From NCBI GenBank assembly GCA_946553095.1, contig CAMNRN010000001.1:1-56898 (forward strand): a stretch of 56,898 nt of DNA, in the 5' to 3' direction. How positions within the stretch are numbered: position 1 is the stretch's first letter; each line of letters begins with the position of its first letter. Positions 10,042 to 19,132 of this stretch are shown one piece after another. Under the pieces are notes generated by a model, which did not search any database, was not told where the DNA came from, and worked only from the letters and a program-made list of their open reading frames with translations. The position numbers were made by a program, and so were the translations under genes. Source of the stretch: an uncultured Mycoplasmatota bacterium (GTDB taxonomy: Bacteria > Bacillota_I > Bacilli_A > RF39 > UBA660).

Positions 10042-10059
10042 TATTTCCTGGGAAATATT
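10042..10059. promoter_or_regulatory. Noc-binding-site-like palindrome (TATTTCCTGGGAAATATT)
   Basis: The first 16 nt match the NBS consensus TATTTCCCGGGAAATA at 15 of 16 positions. The identical 18-mer recurs at 29895-29912. This copy is intergenic between mnmE and mnmG. Confidence 0.55.
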
Positions 10060-10064
10060 CCCAT

Positions 10065-11420
10065 TTATTTCCCTAAACAAAAATGGCTAAAAATATAATC
10101 AACTAATTCTTCTTTATACGACTCACCAATTAATTCCCCTAATATTTCCCAAGCCTCTTTTAAATCAATTTCAATCATATCAATTGGAATTCTATCTTTA
10201 AAACTATCAAAAGCATTAGCAAATAATCTATAAGCTTTCTCGATTAAATCCACTTGTCTACTATTCGTTAAATAAGTCATATCTTTAACAACGATTTTAT
10301 CTAAAGAGAAACGTTTAAGAATTTCTTCTTTTAAAGCGTTTAAACCATCATCACTTTTCGTATTTCCATAAACAGTTTCATAAAAAGCCAATTCTTTTTT
10401 ATCAATCTTACATTCTAAATCATTCTTATTAACAAAAACGATAACTTCCTGACTTTTTAATTCCTTTAATAATTGTCTATCTTCTTCGGTAATAGCTTCA
10501 TTATAATTAACTACAAAAAGTACCAAATCTGCTGCTAAAGCAACTTCTCTACTTTTTTTAACTCCCATCTTTTCTACAATATCACTAGTTTGTCTAATTC
10601 CCGCTGTATCAATAAAATTTAAGAGTACTCCATTTAAAGAAACAGCCCCTTCGACAATATCTCTAGTAGTTCCTGCAATATCAGTTACTATTGCTTTATC
10701 TTCTTCTAAAAAGCAATTAAGAATACTACTTTTTCCTACATTAGGACGACCAACAATCGCCACTTTTATGCCTTCGTTAATAATTTTGCCACATTTCGTT
10801 TCATCCACTAACCTTTTTAACTCTACTTCTACATCTTGTAAAAAATTTTCTAATAAATCGTGTGTTACTAATACCTCATCTTGATATTCAGGATAATCAA
10901 TATTTACTTCTATATTAGCTAATATTTGTGCTAATTTTTCTCTTAAACCTTGAACTTTATTCTTAAGTAATCCACTCATATTATTAAGAGCGAGTGTCCT
11001 TGCAGCATCTGTCTTAGCTACAATCAAATCATTAACGGCCTCAGCCTCAATTAAACTAATTCTGCCATTTAAAAAAGCCATTTTCGTAAATTCTCCTGGC
11101 ATTGCCATTCGACATCCACTTTTAAGCAATACTTCTAAAACTTTCTTAGTGGTATGAATTCCACCATGACAATTAATTTCCACTGTATCAAACGTCGTAT
11201 AAGTTTTTGGTCCACACATTAACATAACTAAAACTTCATCAATTTTTTCATCCTCATCATAGATATATCCATAATGAATTGTATGTGTTTTTTGTTTTGT
11301 CAAATCTTTTCCCTTAAAAACTTGATTAACAATCGAAATAGCATCTATGCCAGTTACTCGCACAATCGAAATAGCACCAACACCCAAAGCAGTTGAGATA
11401 GCTACAATCGTATCATCCAT
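10065..11420 (-). CDS. mnmE: tRNA modification GTPase
   Basis: MDDTIVAISTALGVGAISIVRVTG N-terminus, GRPNVGKSS P-loop and C-terminal CLGK. ATG at 11420 fits homologues better than the ORF-track GTG at 11429. Confidence 0.92.
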   Translation of the reverse strand: MDDTIVAISTALGVGAISIVRVTGIDAISIVNQVFKGKDLTKQKTHTIHYGYIYDEDEKIDEVLVMLMCGPKTYTTFDTVEINCHGGIHTTKKVLEVLLKSGCRMAMPGEFTKMAFLNGRISLIEAEAVNDLIVAKTDAARTLALNNMSGLLKNKVQGLREKLAQILANIEVNIDYPEYQDEVLVTHDLLENFLQDVEVELKRLVDETKCGKIINEGIKVAIVGRPNVGKSSILNCFLEEDKAIVTDIAGTTRDIVEGAVSLNGVLLNFIDTAGIRQTSDIVEKMGVKKSREVALAADLVLFVVNYNEAITEEDRQLLKELKSQEVIVFVNKNDLECKIDKKELAFYETVYGNTKSDDGLNALKEEILKRFSLDKIVVKDMTYLTNSRQVDLIEKAYRLFANAFDSFKDRIPIDMIEIDLKEAWEILGELIGESYKEELVDYIFSHFCLGK

Positions 11421-11487
11421 GAAAATCACCGCTTTCTTTTATGTATTATAACAAGTAAAAAAAAAGAAAACAATCATTTTATTGTTA

Positions 11488-11817
11488 TCATCTTATCTTC
11501 AATAATGCATCCATATAACCGATAAGTCTTAATTTATCCTCAGCTGCCAAAAGACTAAACTTATTAATGAATTCAATTTCTTCACTTGTCAATTTTGCTT
11601 CATCCATAAATCTTATAGGTGTCTCATCATCAGTTAGCCCTAATAAATAATCTGTACTTGTATCCAAATATTTTGCTAATTTAATTAAAATCTCTCCAGA
11701 AGGATAAGAACGTCCTGTCTCATAAGAACTAATCATTTCTTGCGTAACTCCTACTCGAGTAGCCACTTTTAATTGATTAAGATTTCTTTTTTCTCTAATA
11801 ATTCTTAGATTTTCCAT
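11488..11817 (-). CDS. XRE-family HTH transcriptional regulator
   Basis: 109 aa. HTH_3 motif (LNQLKVATRVGVTQEMISSYETGRSYPS). Inserted between mnmE and jag. Confidence 0.7.
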   Translation of the reverse strand: MENLRIIREKRNLNQLKVATRVGVTQEMISSYETGRSYPSGEILIKLAKYLDTSTDYLLGLTDDETPIRFMDEAKLTSEEIEFINKFSLLAAEDKLRLIGYMDALLKIR

Positions 11818-11916
11818 ACTTCACCACACAATTACTTTTTATATAATTTTATAACAATTGCTTATTAAAAAAATAATTGATGATTGTACTTTTATATAAG
11901 ATAAATTTATAAAAGC

Positions 11917-11944
11917 AAAAACTCTCATCTAAAACGAGAGTTTT
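11917..11944 (-). terminator. Rho-independent terminator downstream of jag
   Basis: AAAACTCTC-N9-GAGAGTTTT hairpin with flanking A and T runs, just below the jag stop. Confidence 0.55.
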
Positions 11945-11948
11945 ATTT

Positions 11949-12554
11949 TTATTCAGGCTTAATCACAACATGACGATTTGGTTCTTCGCCTTCGCTTTCT
12001 GTTTTAACTCCTTTAAAATCCGCAAGAATGTTATGCACAATTCTTCTTTCATAAGAAGACATATTTAAAAGTTCTATAGGCATTTTAGTTCTAACAACTT
12101 CCTTTGCCATTTTATAAGCCATTCTTTCTAAGTTTTTATCCTTACGCGCCTTATAATTTTCTACATCTAAACTTACTCGATAGAAAATATTATATTTTAC
12201 TTGGAGCATTTGCTTAACCAATATTTCTAAAGCTCGAATAGTTTGTCCATTCTTTCCAATCAAAATTGGATTATTATCTGAATACATTTTAATTGTTGTA
12301 ATATCATCCTTGTATGAGATCTCAAATTGTACAGATAGTCCCCAACTAGTTAAAATATTAGTTAAATAATCTTTTATTTCTTCATGAATTGCTTCTTTCG
12401 AAAAAACATTTACTTCAATTAAATTTCCTTGAAAGAGTTTTCCTTTTTTAGAAGATGAAGTATAAATAACATTTTGTCTTTCTAAATTATTTTCTATTAG
12501 AATTTCTTCCAAAACTGTTTCTAGTTCTTTTCCTTCTTTAGTTATCTTTTCCAT
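11949..12554 (-). CDS. jag: Jag/KhpB RNA-binding protein (KH plus R3H)
   Basis: 201 aa. IGKNGQTIRALE (KH) and SYERRIVHNIL (R3H) motifs. Follows yidC as in Firmicutes. Confidence 0.88.
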   Translation of the reverse strand: MEKITKEGKELETVLEEILIENNLERQNVIYTSSSKKGKLFQGNLIEVNVFSKEAIHEEIKDYLTNILTSWGLSVQFEISYKDDITTIKMYSDNNPILIGKNGQTIRALEILVKQMLQVKYNIFYRVSLDVENYKARKDKNLERMAYKMAKEVVRTKMPIELLNMSSYERRIVHNILADFKGVKTESEGEEPNRHVVIKPE

Positions 12555-13587
12555 ACTTCATTCCTTCTTTCTTCTCTAAACGCTTTTTAATCTTCTCCTT
12601 TTTATTCTTCTTATTTCCTTTTTTATCTGCTCCAATTGTTTTTTCATTAATATAATTTAATAGGATATTTTGAACAGCTATAAATGCATAAGTAATAATC
12701 CAGTAAAAAGCTAAAGCAGTTGGAAGAGAAAATGAACCATATATAATGACAATCAACATCACATAAATCATAATTTTCATTTGGCTTTCAGCCTCTGGTG
12801 TAGTCTGAGGAGTTTGCTTTAAAGTTTGTTTAAAAGAAAAGTAAGTAGAAGCTGCAATTAATACTAGCAATAAAATATACAAATAATTTCCACTTGTAAT
12901 CCCTTTTAAAGGTGACATTCCTAAATTAAAACCTAATAATGATTCCTCATATATAGCTGGTACTCGATAAATTGCATGTAAAAATGCTATAAATACTGGT
13001 AATTGAATAAAAGCAAGTAAACAGCCTAACATCGGATTAACTTTATATTTTTTATATATCAGCATCATTTCTTGACTTTTCGCCATCAAAGCATCATTAT
13101 CATTACGATTACGATACTTTCTTTCTAATTTTTCTAACTCGGGTTGCGCCTTCCGCATATTATACGTTTGTCTAGAACTTTTGATTGTAAAAGGAAGTAA
13201 AATAAGTCTTATCAGCAAACCGATTATAATGAGTGATAGCCCTAAATTATTTACAACTCGTCCCAAAGCTAAGATAAGATAAGCAAGAGGTTTTACAAAC
13301 AATCCTTCCCATAGCCCCGTGCTAGCATTTGAATTAACTTTAAAATCAGTACATTTTGGCAATTCGTCAAAAGGAATCTTTAATTGATCGTTATATTTTT
13401 CATACACTTCATAAAGCTTTCCATTACTATCTGGCAGACATAAGATATCTTTTTGAAGCATTTGATCAGTTTCCTCATACTTAACTATTTTTTTCTCATC
13501 ATCTATAATATATTTCTTATTTCCACATCCCGTTGTCATTAATAAAAAAATCATTAAAACAAGAATTTTAATTCTATTATTTTTCAT
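12538..13587 (-). CDS. yidC: Membrane protein insertase YidC/SpoIIIJ (lipoprotein type)
   Basis: Lipobox LMTTGC, multi-TM 60-kDa insertase core, basic C-terminal tail. Lies between rnpA and jag. Confidence 0.9.
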   Translation of the reverse strand: MKNNRIKILVLMIFLLMTTGCGNKKYIIDDEKKIVKYEETDQMLQKDILCLPDSNGKLYEVYEKYNDQLKIPFDELPKCTDFKVNSNASTGLWEGLFVKPLAYLILALGRVVNNLGLSLIIIGLLIRLILLPFTIKSSRQTYNMRKAQPELEKLERKYRNRNDNDALMAKSQEMMLIYKKYKVNPMLGCLLAFIQLPVFIAFLHAIYRVPAIYEESLLGFNLGMSPLKGITSGNYLYILLLVLIAASTYFSFKQTLKQTPQTTPEAESQMKIMIYVMLIVIIYGSFSLPTALAFYWIITYAFIAVQNILLNYINEKTIGADKKGNKKNKKEKIKKRLEKKEGMKYGKDN

Positions 13588-13913
13588 TTGTTTCCTTTCA
13601 TCAATAAATTTACTAAAGATTTTTCTAGCAAATCATAAGAGACATTAACACAGTCCTTCTTAATCATTATAATATAATTATAATAATTTTGAAATAAAAA
13701 CTTGTTTTTATCGACGATATTTCTTATTTGTCTTTTAAATTTATTTCTTACAACCGCATTCCCAAGTCGCTTACCGACAGCTATCCCAAAAGAAGGACTA
13801 TAGGTATTTTTTTTTAACGAAAAGATTACCAAAAATTTATTTGCCTTTCTCGTTCCTTTATTTATAATCTCATTAAAATCATCTTTAGATTTAACCATTT
13901 CGTATCGTTTCAC
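13584..13913 (-). CDS. rnpA: Ribonuclease P protein component
   Basis: 109 aa, basic. VGKRLGNAVVRNKFKRQIR motif. Directly downstream of rpmH. Confidence 0.9.
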   Translation of the reverse strand: MKRYEMVKSKDDFNEIINKGTRKANKFLVIFSLKKNTYSPSFGIAVGKRLGNAVVRNKFKRQIRNIVDKNKFLFQNYYNYIIMIKKDCVNVSYDLLEKSLVNLLMKGNK

Positions 13914-13962
13914 AAAAAAACCTCCAATTTCAAAAAAACCACAATAATTTGTGGCTTTTCAT

Positions 13963-14085
13963 TTACTTACTTAAGACCTTACGACCTTTTCTACGACGTT
14001 TGTTTAAAATATCTGTTTCCTTTCGAGCAAAAAATCCGAATTTTTTAGCTCTTTTTCTTTTATTTGGTTGATATGTTCTTTTCAT
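13963..14085 (-). CDS. rpmH: 50S ribosomal protein L34 (40-aa form)
   Basis: Hand-translated as [40 protein letters not shown]. Below the ORF-track size cutoff. Canonical rpmH-rnpA arrangement next to oriC. Confidence 0.85.
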   Translation of the reverse strand: MKRTYQPNKRKRAKKFGFFARKETDILNKRRRKGRKVLSK

Positions 14086-14115
14086 AACGCATACTCCCTT
14101 TCCTCAAGTAGCATT

Positions 14116-14145
14116 ATTATAATATTAAAAAAAAGAAATTGTCAA
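14116..14145 (-). promoter_or_regulatory. Sigma-A-type promoter for rpmH-rnpA operon
   Basis: On the minus strand, TTGACA (14140-14145), an 18-nt spacer, then TATAAT (14116-14121). Confidence 0.5.
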
Positions 14146-14191
14146 GGAAAATTCATAATATAAATCAATAAAAATGTTAATAACTGTTGAA

Positions 14192-14437
14192 CTATCCACA
14201 AAATATTTTTAATCCCAACTAAAATCAACAACTTATCCACCATAAAAAATATCCAAAATAGCACTTGTCCACCAAAAACAAATTACAAACTGTCCCATAA
14301 AACCAGGCTAAAATCACTATTGATGGGGATTGTGGATAATTTGTGGATAACTTTCAACACAATTAACAAAAGCTTAATAACACGATGTGGATAATTTTAA
14401 TGATTTTGTGTATAGTTCACAATCTTTTTGTGGATAG
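14192..14437. promoter_or_regulatory. oriC upstream DnaA-box cluster
   Basis: Perfect TGTGGATAA boxes at 14331, 14342 and 14386. Near-consensus boxes at 14192 (CTATCCACA), 14233 (TTATCCACC), 14265 (TTGTCCACC) and 14429 (TGTGGATAG). Gene-strand polarity switches here. Confidence 0.85.
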
Positions 14438-14580
14438 TGTTGAAAACATTTGTTTCCACTGAATACACCGACTAAATTCAGTTGATAAAATTGTTATTAT
14501 CACGTTTTTAACATTTTTTTCTTTCATTTTCCCCATTTTTATATTACAATTTAATTGGACAGTGTTAGTGGGGTGAGGTT

Positions 14581-15930
14581 TTGAAGACGGAAGTACTTTG
14601 GAGCAGCTTTTTAACAGAAATTTCTAATCAAGTAAATCAAAATACTTATGCCATTTGGTTTTCAAAATTAGAACTGCTATCAGTTAATAACAATGATATA
14701 ACAATAAAAGTTCCCATGGAAATTCACAAGCAAATGCTTGGTGAAACATATCAGGAACTAATAGATTCAACTTTTTTTTCGTTAACCGGAAAAAATTATA
14801 ACCTTATATATAAAACAGAAGATGAAATAGAGACATTTTCACCTCCAATTATGGAGACTAAACCTAATAAAGAAACTGAATATGAAACAGGATTAAATCC
14901 CAAATTCACCTTTGATAGCTTTGTTGTTGGAAATTCCAATCGATTAGCTTTTGTAGCAGCTCGAGCCGTTGCCGAAGCACCAGGAACAATTCACAATCCA
15001 TTATTTATATATGGCCGAAGCGGCCTTGGAAAAACTCATTTAATGCAAGCTATAGGAAACTATATAAAAACCCACAGCGATAAAAAGGTTATTTATACTA
15101 CAAGTAATGAATTTATGACTGACTTCACGGGCATTGCGACGATTGACAAAGGAAGCAATAATATAAACTATGCCAACGAATTTAAAAATAAATATCGAAA
15201 TGTTGACGTTTTAATAATTGATGACATTCAATTCTTAGTAGGAGCTGAAAGAACTCAACAAGAATTTTTCCACACATTCAACACACTTCACCAAGAAAAC
15301 AAACAGATCATTATCAGCAGTGACAAATCCCCAGACGACTTAAAAAAAATAGAAGAACGATTACGTAGTCGCTTTATGTGGGGACTTCCAGTTGATATTT
15401 ATCCACCAGATTTTAATCTACGATGTGACATAATCAACGCTAAAATTAAAAATACCAGCATAGAAAACAAACTAAGTGAAGACGTCATAGAATATATTGC
15501 CAACTCATGTGTTAATGATGTTCGTCACATTGAAGGAACAATTAACAGATTATTAGCATATACCGCTATGATGGTTCCCGACATGATAAATCTTGATTTT
15601 GCAATTGAAGCATTAAAAGATTATGTTAATACCAACATATTTATCAACAATTCGATTGCATCTATCCAAAATGCTGTGGCTGATTACTTTAAAATATCGA
15701 TCGACGATTTAAAAAGCAAAAGAAGAACCAACAATGTTGTAAGACCTCGACATATTGCAATGTATTTATGTCGAATGGAAACAGATGAAAACCTCGCCAA
15801 AATTGGTCTAGAATTCGGTGGACGCGACCATTCAACTGTATCAACAGCTATTGATAAAATAACAAGTGAACTCGAAACAGATGATAACTTGAATAAGATG
15901 TTGAAAGAAATAAAAAATAAGTTACAATAA
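14581..15930 (+). CDS. dnaA: Chromosomal replication initiator protein
   Basis: 449 aa. TTG start after GGGGTGAGG. Walker A GRSGLGKTHL and the C-terminal DnaA-box-binding domain (RPRHIAMYLCR, GGRDHSTV). Confidence 0.97.
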   Translation: MKTEVLWSSFLTEISNQVNQNTYAIWFSKLELLSVNNNDITIKVPMEIHKQMLGETYQELIDSTFFSLTGKNYNLIYKTEDEIETFSPPIMETKPNKETEYETGLNPKFTFDSFVVGNSNRLAFVAARAVAEAPGTIHNPLFIYGRSGLGKTHLMQAIGNYIKTHSDKKVIYTTSNEFMTDFTGIATIDKGSNNINYANEFKNKYRNVDVLIIDDIQFLVGAERTQQEFFHTFNTLHQENKQIIISSDKSPDDLKKIEERLRSRFMWGLPVDIYPPDFNLRCDIINAKIKNTSIENKLSEDVIEYIANSCVNDVRHIEGTINRLLAYTAMMVPDMINLDFAIEALKDYVNTNIFINNSIASIQNAVADYFKISIDDLKSKRRTNNVVRPRHIAMYLCRMETDENLAKIGLEFGGRDHSTVSTAIDKITSELETDDNLNKMLKEIKNKLQ

Positions 15931-16050
15931 TGTGGATAAATAAAAAAAAGAAATCACGGTTTTTCGGATGAATAGTTAATAATTATAAAGTTATTAACAC
16001 AACTAACGCTATTAATAAAATAAATAATATTATATATATAAAGAAAGAAG
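15931..16050. promoter_or_regulatory. oriC downstream part: DnaA box plus AT-rich candidate unwinding element
   Basis: A perfect TGTGGATAA lies at 15931-15939, directly after the dnaA stop. It is followed by an extremely AT-rich stretch (..ATTAATAAAATAAATAATATTATATATATAAAG..) before dnaN. Confidence 0.55.
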
Positions 16051-16059
16051 GAATAATTT

Positions 16060-17178
16060 ATGAAATGGACTATTGAAAAAAATATAATACTTGAAGCTTT
16101 AAACAATGTAACTAAAGCTTTATCCCAAAGAACAACTATCCCAGTTTTAAACGGAATTGTTTTTGACATAACTGAAAATGGAATCGATTTGTTAGCAAGT
16201 GATTCAGAACTAACAATAAAAGTATCTATTGCCGAAAAAGATATAAAGAATATCGAAGGAAAGGGTAGAATTATCATTCAAAGTAAGTATTTTGTCGAAA
16301 TGATTCGGAAAATGCCATCTGATATAATTGATTTTGAGATAGAAGATAATTTAAAAATAAAAATATCAACACCTAACAATCAATATCGCTTAAATTGTTA
16401 TAACCCTAATGATTATCCAAACATCAATCTTGAAAAAAGTGAAGATGCTATAACTATCAAATCTCCAATTTTAAAAGAAATAATCAACCAAACATCATAT
16501 GCTTTATCTACACAAGAAGTACGACCTTTATTAACAGGAATAAATTTAAAAATAAACGGTGATATTTTAGAATGTATAGCAACAGATTCTTATCGTTTAT
16601 CAAAGAAAAACATAAAACTAAATACTCCAGTGAACAAACTAATAAATATCGTAATTCCTGGACGAAGTATTACTGAACTAGAAAAAATCGTTGCTGAAGA
16701 TGATGATGTTGAAATCCACGTATTTAGTAACAAAATATTATTTATATATAAAAATATCTACATTCAAAGTAATCTATTAAGTGGAACTTACCCGGAAACA
16801 TCCCATTTCATCCCAAGTGATTTTGCTTATATGATAAACTTAAATTTAAAAGAATTTTTCGATGCGGTTGATAGAGCTGCCTTACTTGCTCAAAATAAGG
16901 AAAAAAACATCATTAAAATGCATATTGAAGATAAAGAAATGGTTATAACATCGACATCTAATGAACTAGGAAATGCTGAAGAAAAACTTAAAATTGATAG
17001 TAATAACAAAGAAAAAATTGAAATTTCCTTTAGTTCAAAGTATATGATGGATGCTTTAAAAGTAATCAAAGAAGAAAATATTCTATTACTACTTAATACC
17101 GATGATAAACCGATCCTTGTAAAACCAGTGACAGATGAAACTTTAATTGAATTAATTCTCCCAATTAAAACCTACTAA
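16060..17178 (+). CDS. dnaN: DNA polymerase III beta sliding clamp
   Basis: 372 aa, three-domain clamp. Conserved position after dnaA. Confidence 0.95.
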   Translation: MKWTIEKNIILEALNNVTKALSQRTTIPVLNGIVFDITENGIDLLASDSELTIKVSIAEKDIKNIEGKGRIIIQSKYFVEMIRKMPSDIIDFEIEDNLKIKISTPNNQYRLNCYNPNDYPNINLEKSEDAITIKSPILKEIINQTSYALSTQEVRPLLTGINLKINGDILECIATDSYRLSKKNIKLNTPVNKLINIVIPGRSITELEKIVAEDDDVEIHVFSNKILFIYKNIYIQSNLLSGTYPETSHFIPSDFAYMINLNLKEFFDAVDRAALLAQNKEKNIIKMHIEDKEMVITSTSNELGNAEEKLKIDSNNKEKIEISFSSKYMMDALKVIKEENILLLLNTDDKPILVKPVTDETLIELILPIKTY

Positions 17179-17180
17179 TA

Positions 17181-17212
17181 GTTGATAAATGCCGAGTTAT
17201 CAACTTTTTTTT
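17181..17212 (+). terminator. Rho-independent terminator after dnaN
   Basis: GTTGATAA-N8-TTATCAAC hairpin followed by T8. Confidence 0.7.
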
Positions 17213-17282
17213 GCCTTTAACAAGAAACGACAATTTTCGCGGAAATCTTATGTTAGGATAATACCCATTTCGAGGTGTTATA

Positions 17283-17732
17283 ATGCAAAAAAACTATATA
17301 ATTAATGAAAAAACTTATTATTTAAATGAATCTAATAATGACTTAATTGTTAATGAATTAGGAGAAGAGCACATAATAAATGATCTGAGCGAAAAAAAAG
17401 TATTAGAACAAAGTTGTCTTTATTATGGCTGTAGTTTAAAAGGACGAAAGGATGGAACTAAAAATCTTATCAACGAAAAATACAAAGTCCCAGTGATGGT
17501 CAACGAGAAGAAGTTATTAACATTCTTTTCCATAATTTCCAGGGGTAATACGACCACCGTTTGGTTGAGTTACAACAATATTGAAAGTTACCATCAAATA
17601 TCTAAGAATAAAGTTCTTATTAATTTCAAAAATAACTATAGTAAGACTTTTCATACATCATATTATGTCTTCCATCATCAAATTTTAAAATGTAGTCGTC
17701 TTATAGTCATTTATAATAACAGAAATTCATAA
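17283..17732 (+). CDS. comK: ComK-family protein (short)
   Basis: QSCLYYGCSLKGRKDGTKNLINEKYKVPVMV...WLSYNNI aligns by eye with the B. subtilis ComK core RSCRFFGSSYAGRKAGTYEVTKISHKPPIMV...WISHVHV. RBS GAGGTG. Confidence 0.65.
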   Translation: MQKNYIINEKTYYLNESNNDLIVNELGEEHIINDLSEKKVLEQSCLYYGCSLKGRKDGTKNLINEKYKVPVMVNEKKLLTFFSIISRGNTTTVWLSYNNIESYHQISKNKVLINFKNNYSKTFHTSYYVFHHQILKCSRLIVIYNNRNS

Positions 17733-18037
17733 ATAGACACATTTAGACAGCATAAGTATGCTAAAAATTACTTTCTCCATCTTGAGGTAAACAATATTAG
17801 ACATAATTCTAAAAAAAGTGTCAAATAAGCCCAATTTTACTATGTAATTAACATCGTAATTGTTTTTTAATGTCTATTAATGTCAATAAATAATTTTATT
17901 GTGAATAACTGCCAATTTATCAACATTTTTTTATAAATTTTGCTTTAAAATGCTCAAATTTTATGTTATAATTAATATGCGTATAGGTATACAATAAATA
18001 CCTAAAAATTAAAATATCGTCATAAAAGAGGGCAAAA

Positions 18038-19132
18038 ATGAAAATAGAGAGTTTGACTATCACCAATTATAGGAATTATGACAAATTATATTTAAATTTT
18101 TCAAATAATTTAAATATTATCTATGGATTGAATGGAACTGGGAAAACAAATCTCATTGAAGCGATTTATCTTTTAGCTCTAACCAAATCATTTAGAACGA
18201 ATCATGACGAAAGTTTAATTAAAAAAGGCAAAGAAAAGACAATTGTAGAGGGGGAATTTCGAAAAAAGAATGATTTATCAAGATATAAAATTGAAATGAG
18301 CAAAATGGGCAAAAAAGTAGCTATAAATGATAATAAAATTGAAAAGTTAAGCGACTATGTATCTAAGATTAATATAATATTATTTTCTCCAAGTGATGTA
18401 GCTGTAATAATGAATGCGCCAAGTGATCGAAGAAAAATGTTGAATATTGAAATTAGCAGTCTTCATAAGGAATACTTAACAATATTGGCTAATTATAATC
18501 GCATTTTAAAGCAGCGCAACTTTTATTTAAGAAATTTATATATTAATGGCAATGGATCAAAAGAATATTTGCAGATATTAACCAAAAAACTAATAGAATA
18601 TGGTTTAACTATTAATAATTATCGTCAAGAATTTTGCGCAAAGGTTAATAAATTTATTACGGACATATACATGCAAATTTTTGGCGAAGGGAATTTAACC
18701 TTAAAATATGTTTCCACATACAATCAAAAAACTGTGGATGAATTAATAAAAATGTATGACAAATATTACGAAAAAGAATTAGCAAATGGTAAGACTTTAT
18801 TTGGAATTCACCACGATGACTTAGTATTTAAGCTTGATGGAAATAATTTAAAAGAATGGGGCAGTGAAGGCCAACGAAAAAACAGCATTATATCGTTTAA
18901 ATTAGCTGAATTAAATGTCATTTATTCCCTAAAAGGTTTTTATCCCATATTAATATTAGATGATCTATTTAGTGAATTAGATCGCATAAAGATAAATAAT
19001 ATCTTACAAATGTTAAATAACAATATTCAAACATTTATAACAACAACAGAAATTGATGGTTTAAATGAATTTATTATCAAAACGAGTAAAAAGTACCATA
19101 TCGAAAATGGCACAATCAAGGAGGAAGTATGA
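18038..19132 (+). CDS. recF: DNA replication and repair protein RecF
   Basis: 364 aa. Walker [13 protein letters not shown]-like signature SEGQRK and Walker B ILILDD. Confidence 0.93.
   Translation: MKIESLTITNYRNYDKLYLNFSNNLNIIYGLNGTGKTNLIEAIYLLALTKSFRTNHDESLIKKGKEKTIVEGEFRKKNDLSRYKIEMSKMGKKVAINDNKIEKLSDYVSKINIILFSPSDVAVIMNAPSDRRKMLNIEISSLHKEYLTILANYNRILKQRNFYLRNLYINGNGSKEYLQILTKKLIEYGLTINNYRQEFCAKVNKFITDIYMQIFGEGNLTLKYVSTYNQKTVDELIKMYDKYYEKELANGKTLFGIHHDDLVFKLDGNNLKEWGSEGQRKNSIISFKLAELNVIYSLKGFYPILILDDLFSELDRIKINNILQMLNNNIQTFITTTEIDGLNEFIIKTSKKYHIENGTIKEEV

Noticed and set aside
10047-10063. TGGGAA-ATA-TTCCCA hairpin as mnmE terminator
   Set aside because: On the mnmE strand it is not followed by a T-run. 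The embedded 18-mer recurs inside a coding region, which favours a DNA-binding-site interpretation.
15954-16277. 107-aa minus-strand ORF
   Set aside because: It is antisense to the dnaN start and the AT-rich oriC segment. It is a hydrophobic, low-complexity shadow ORF.
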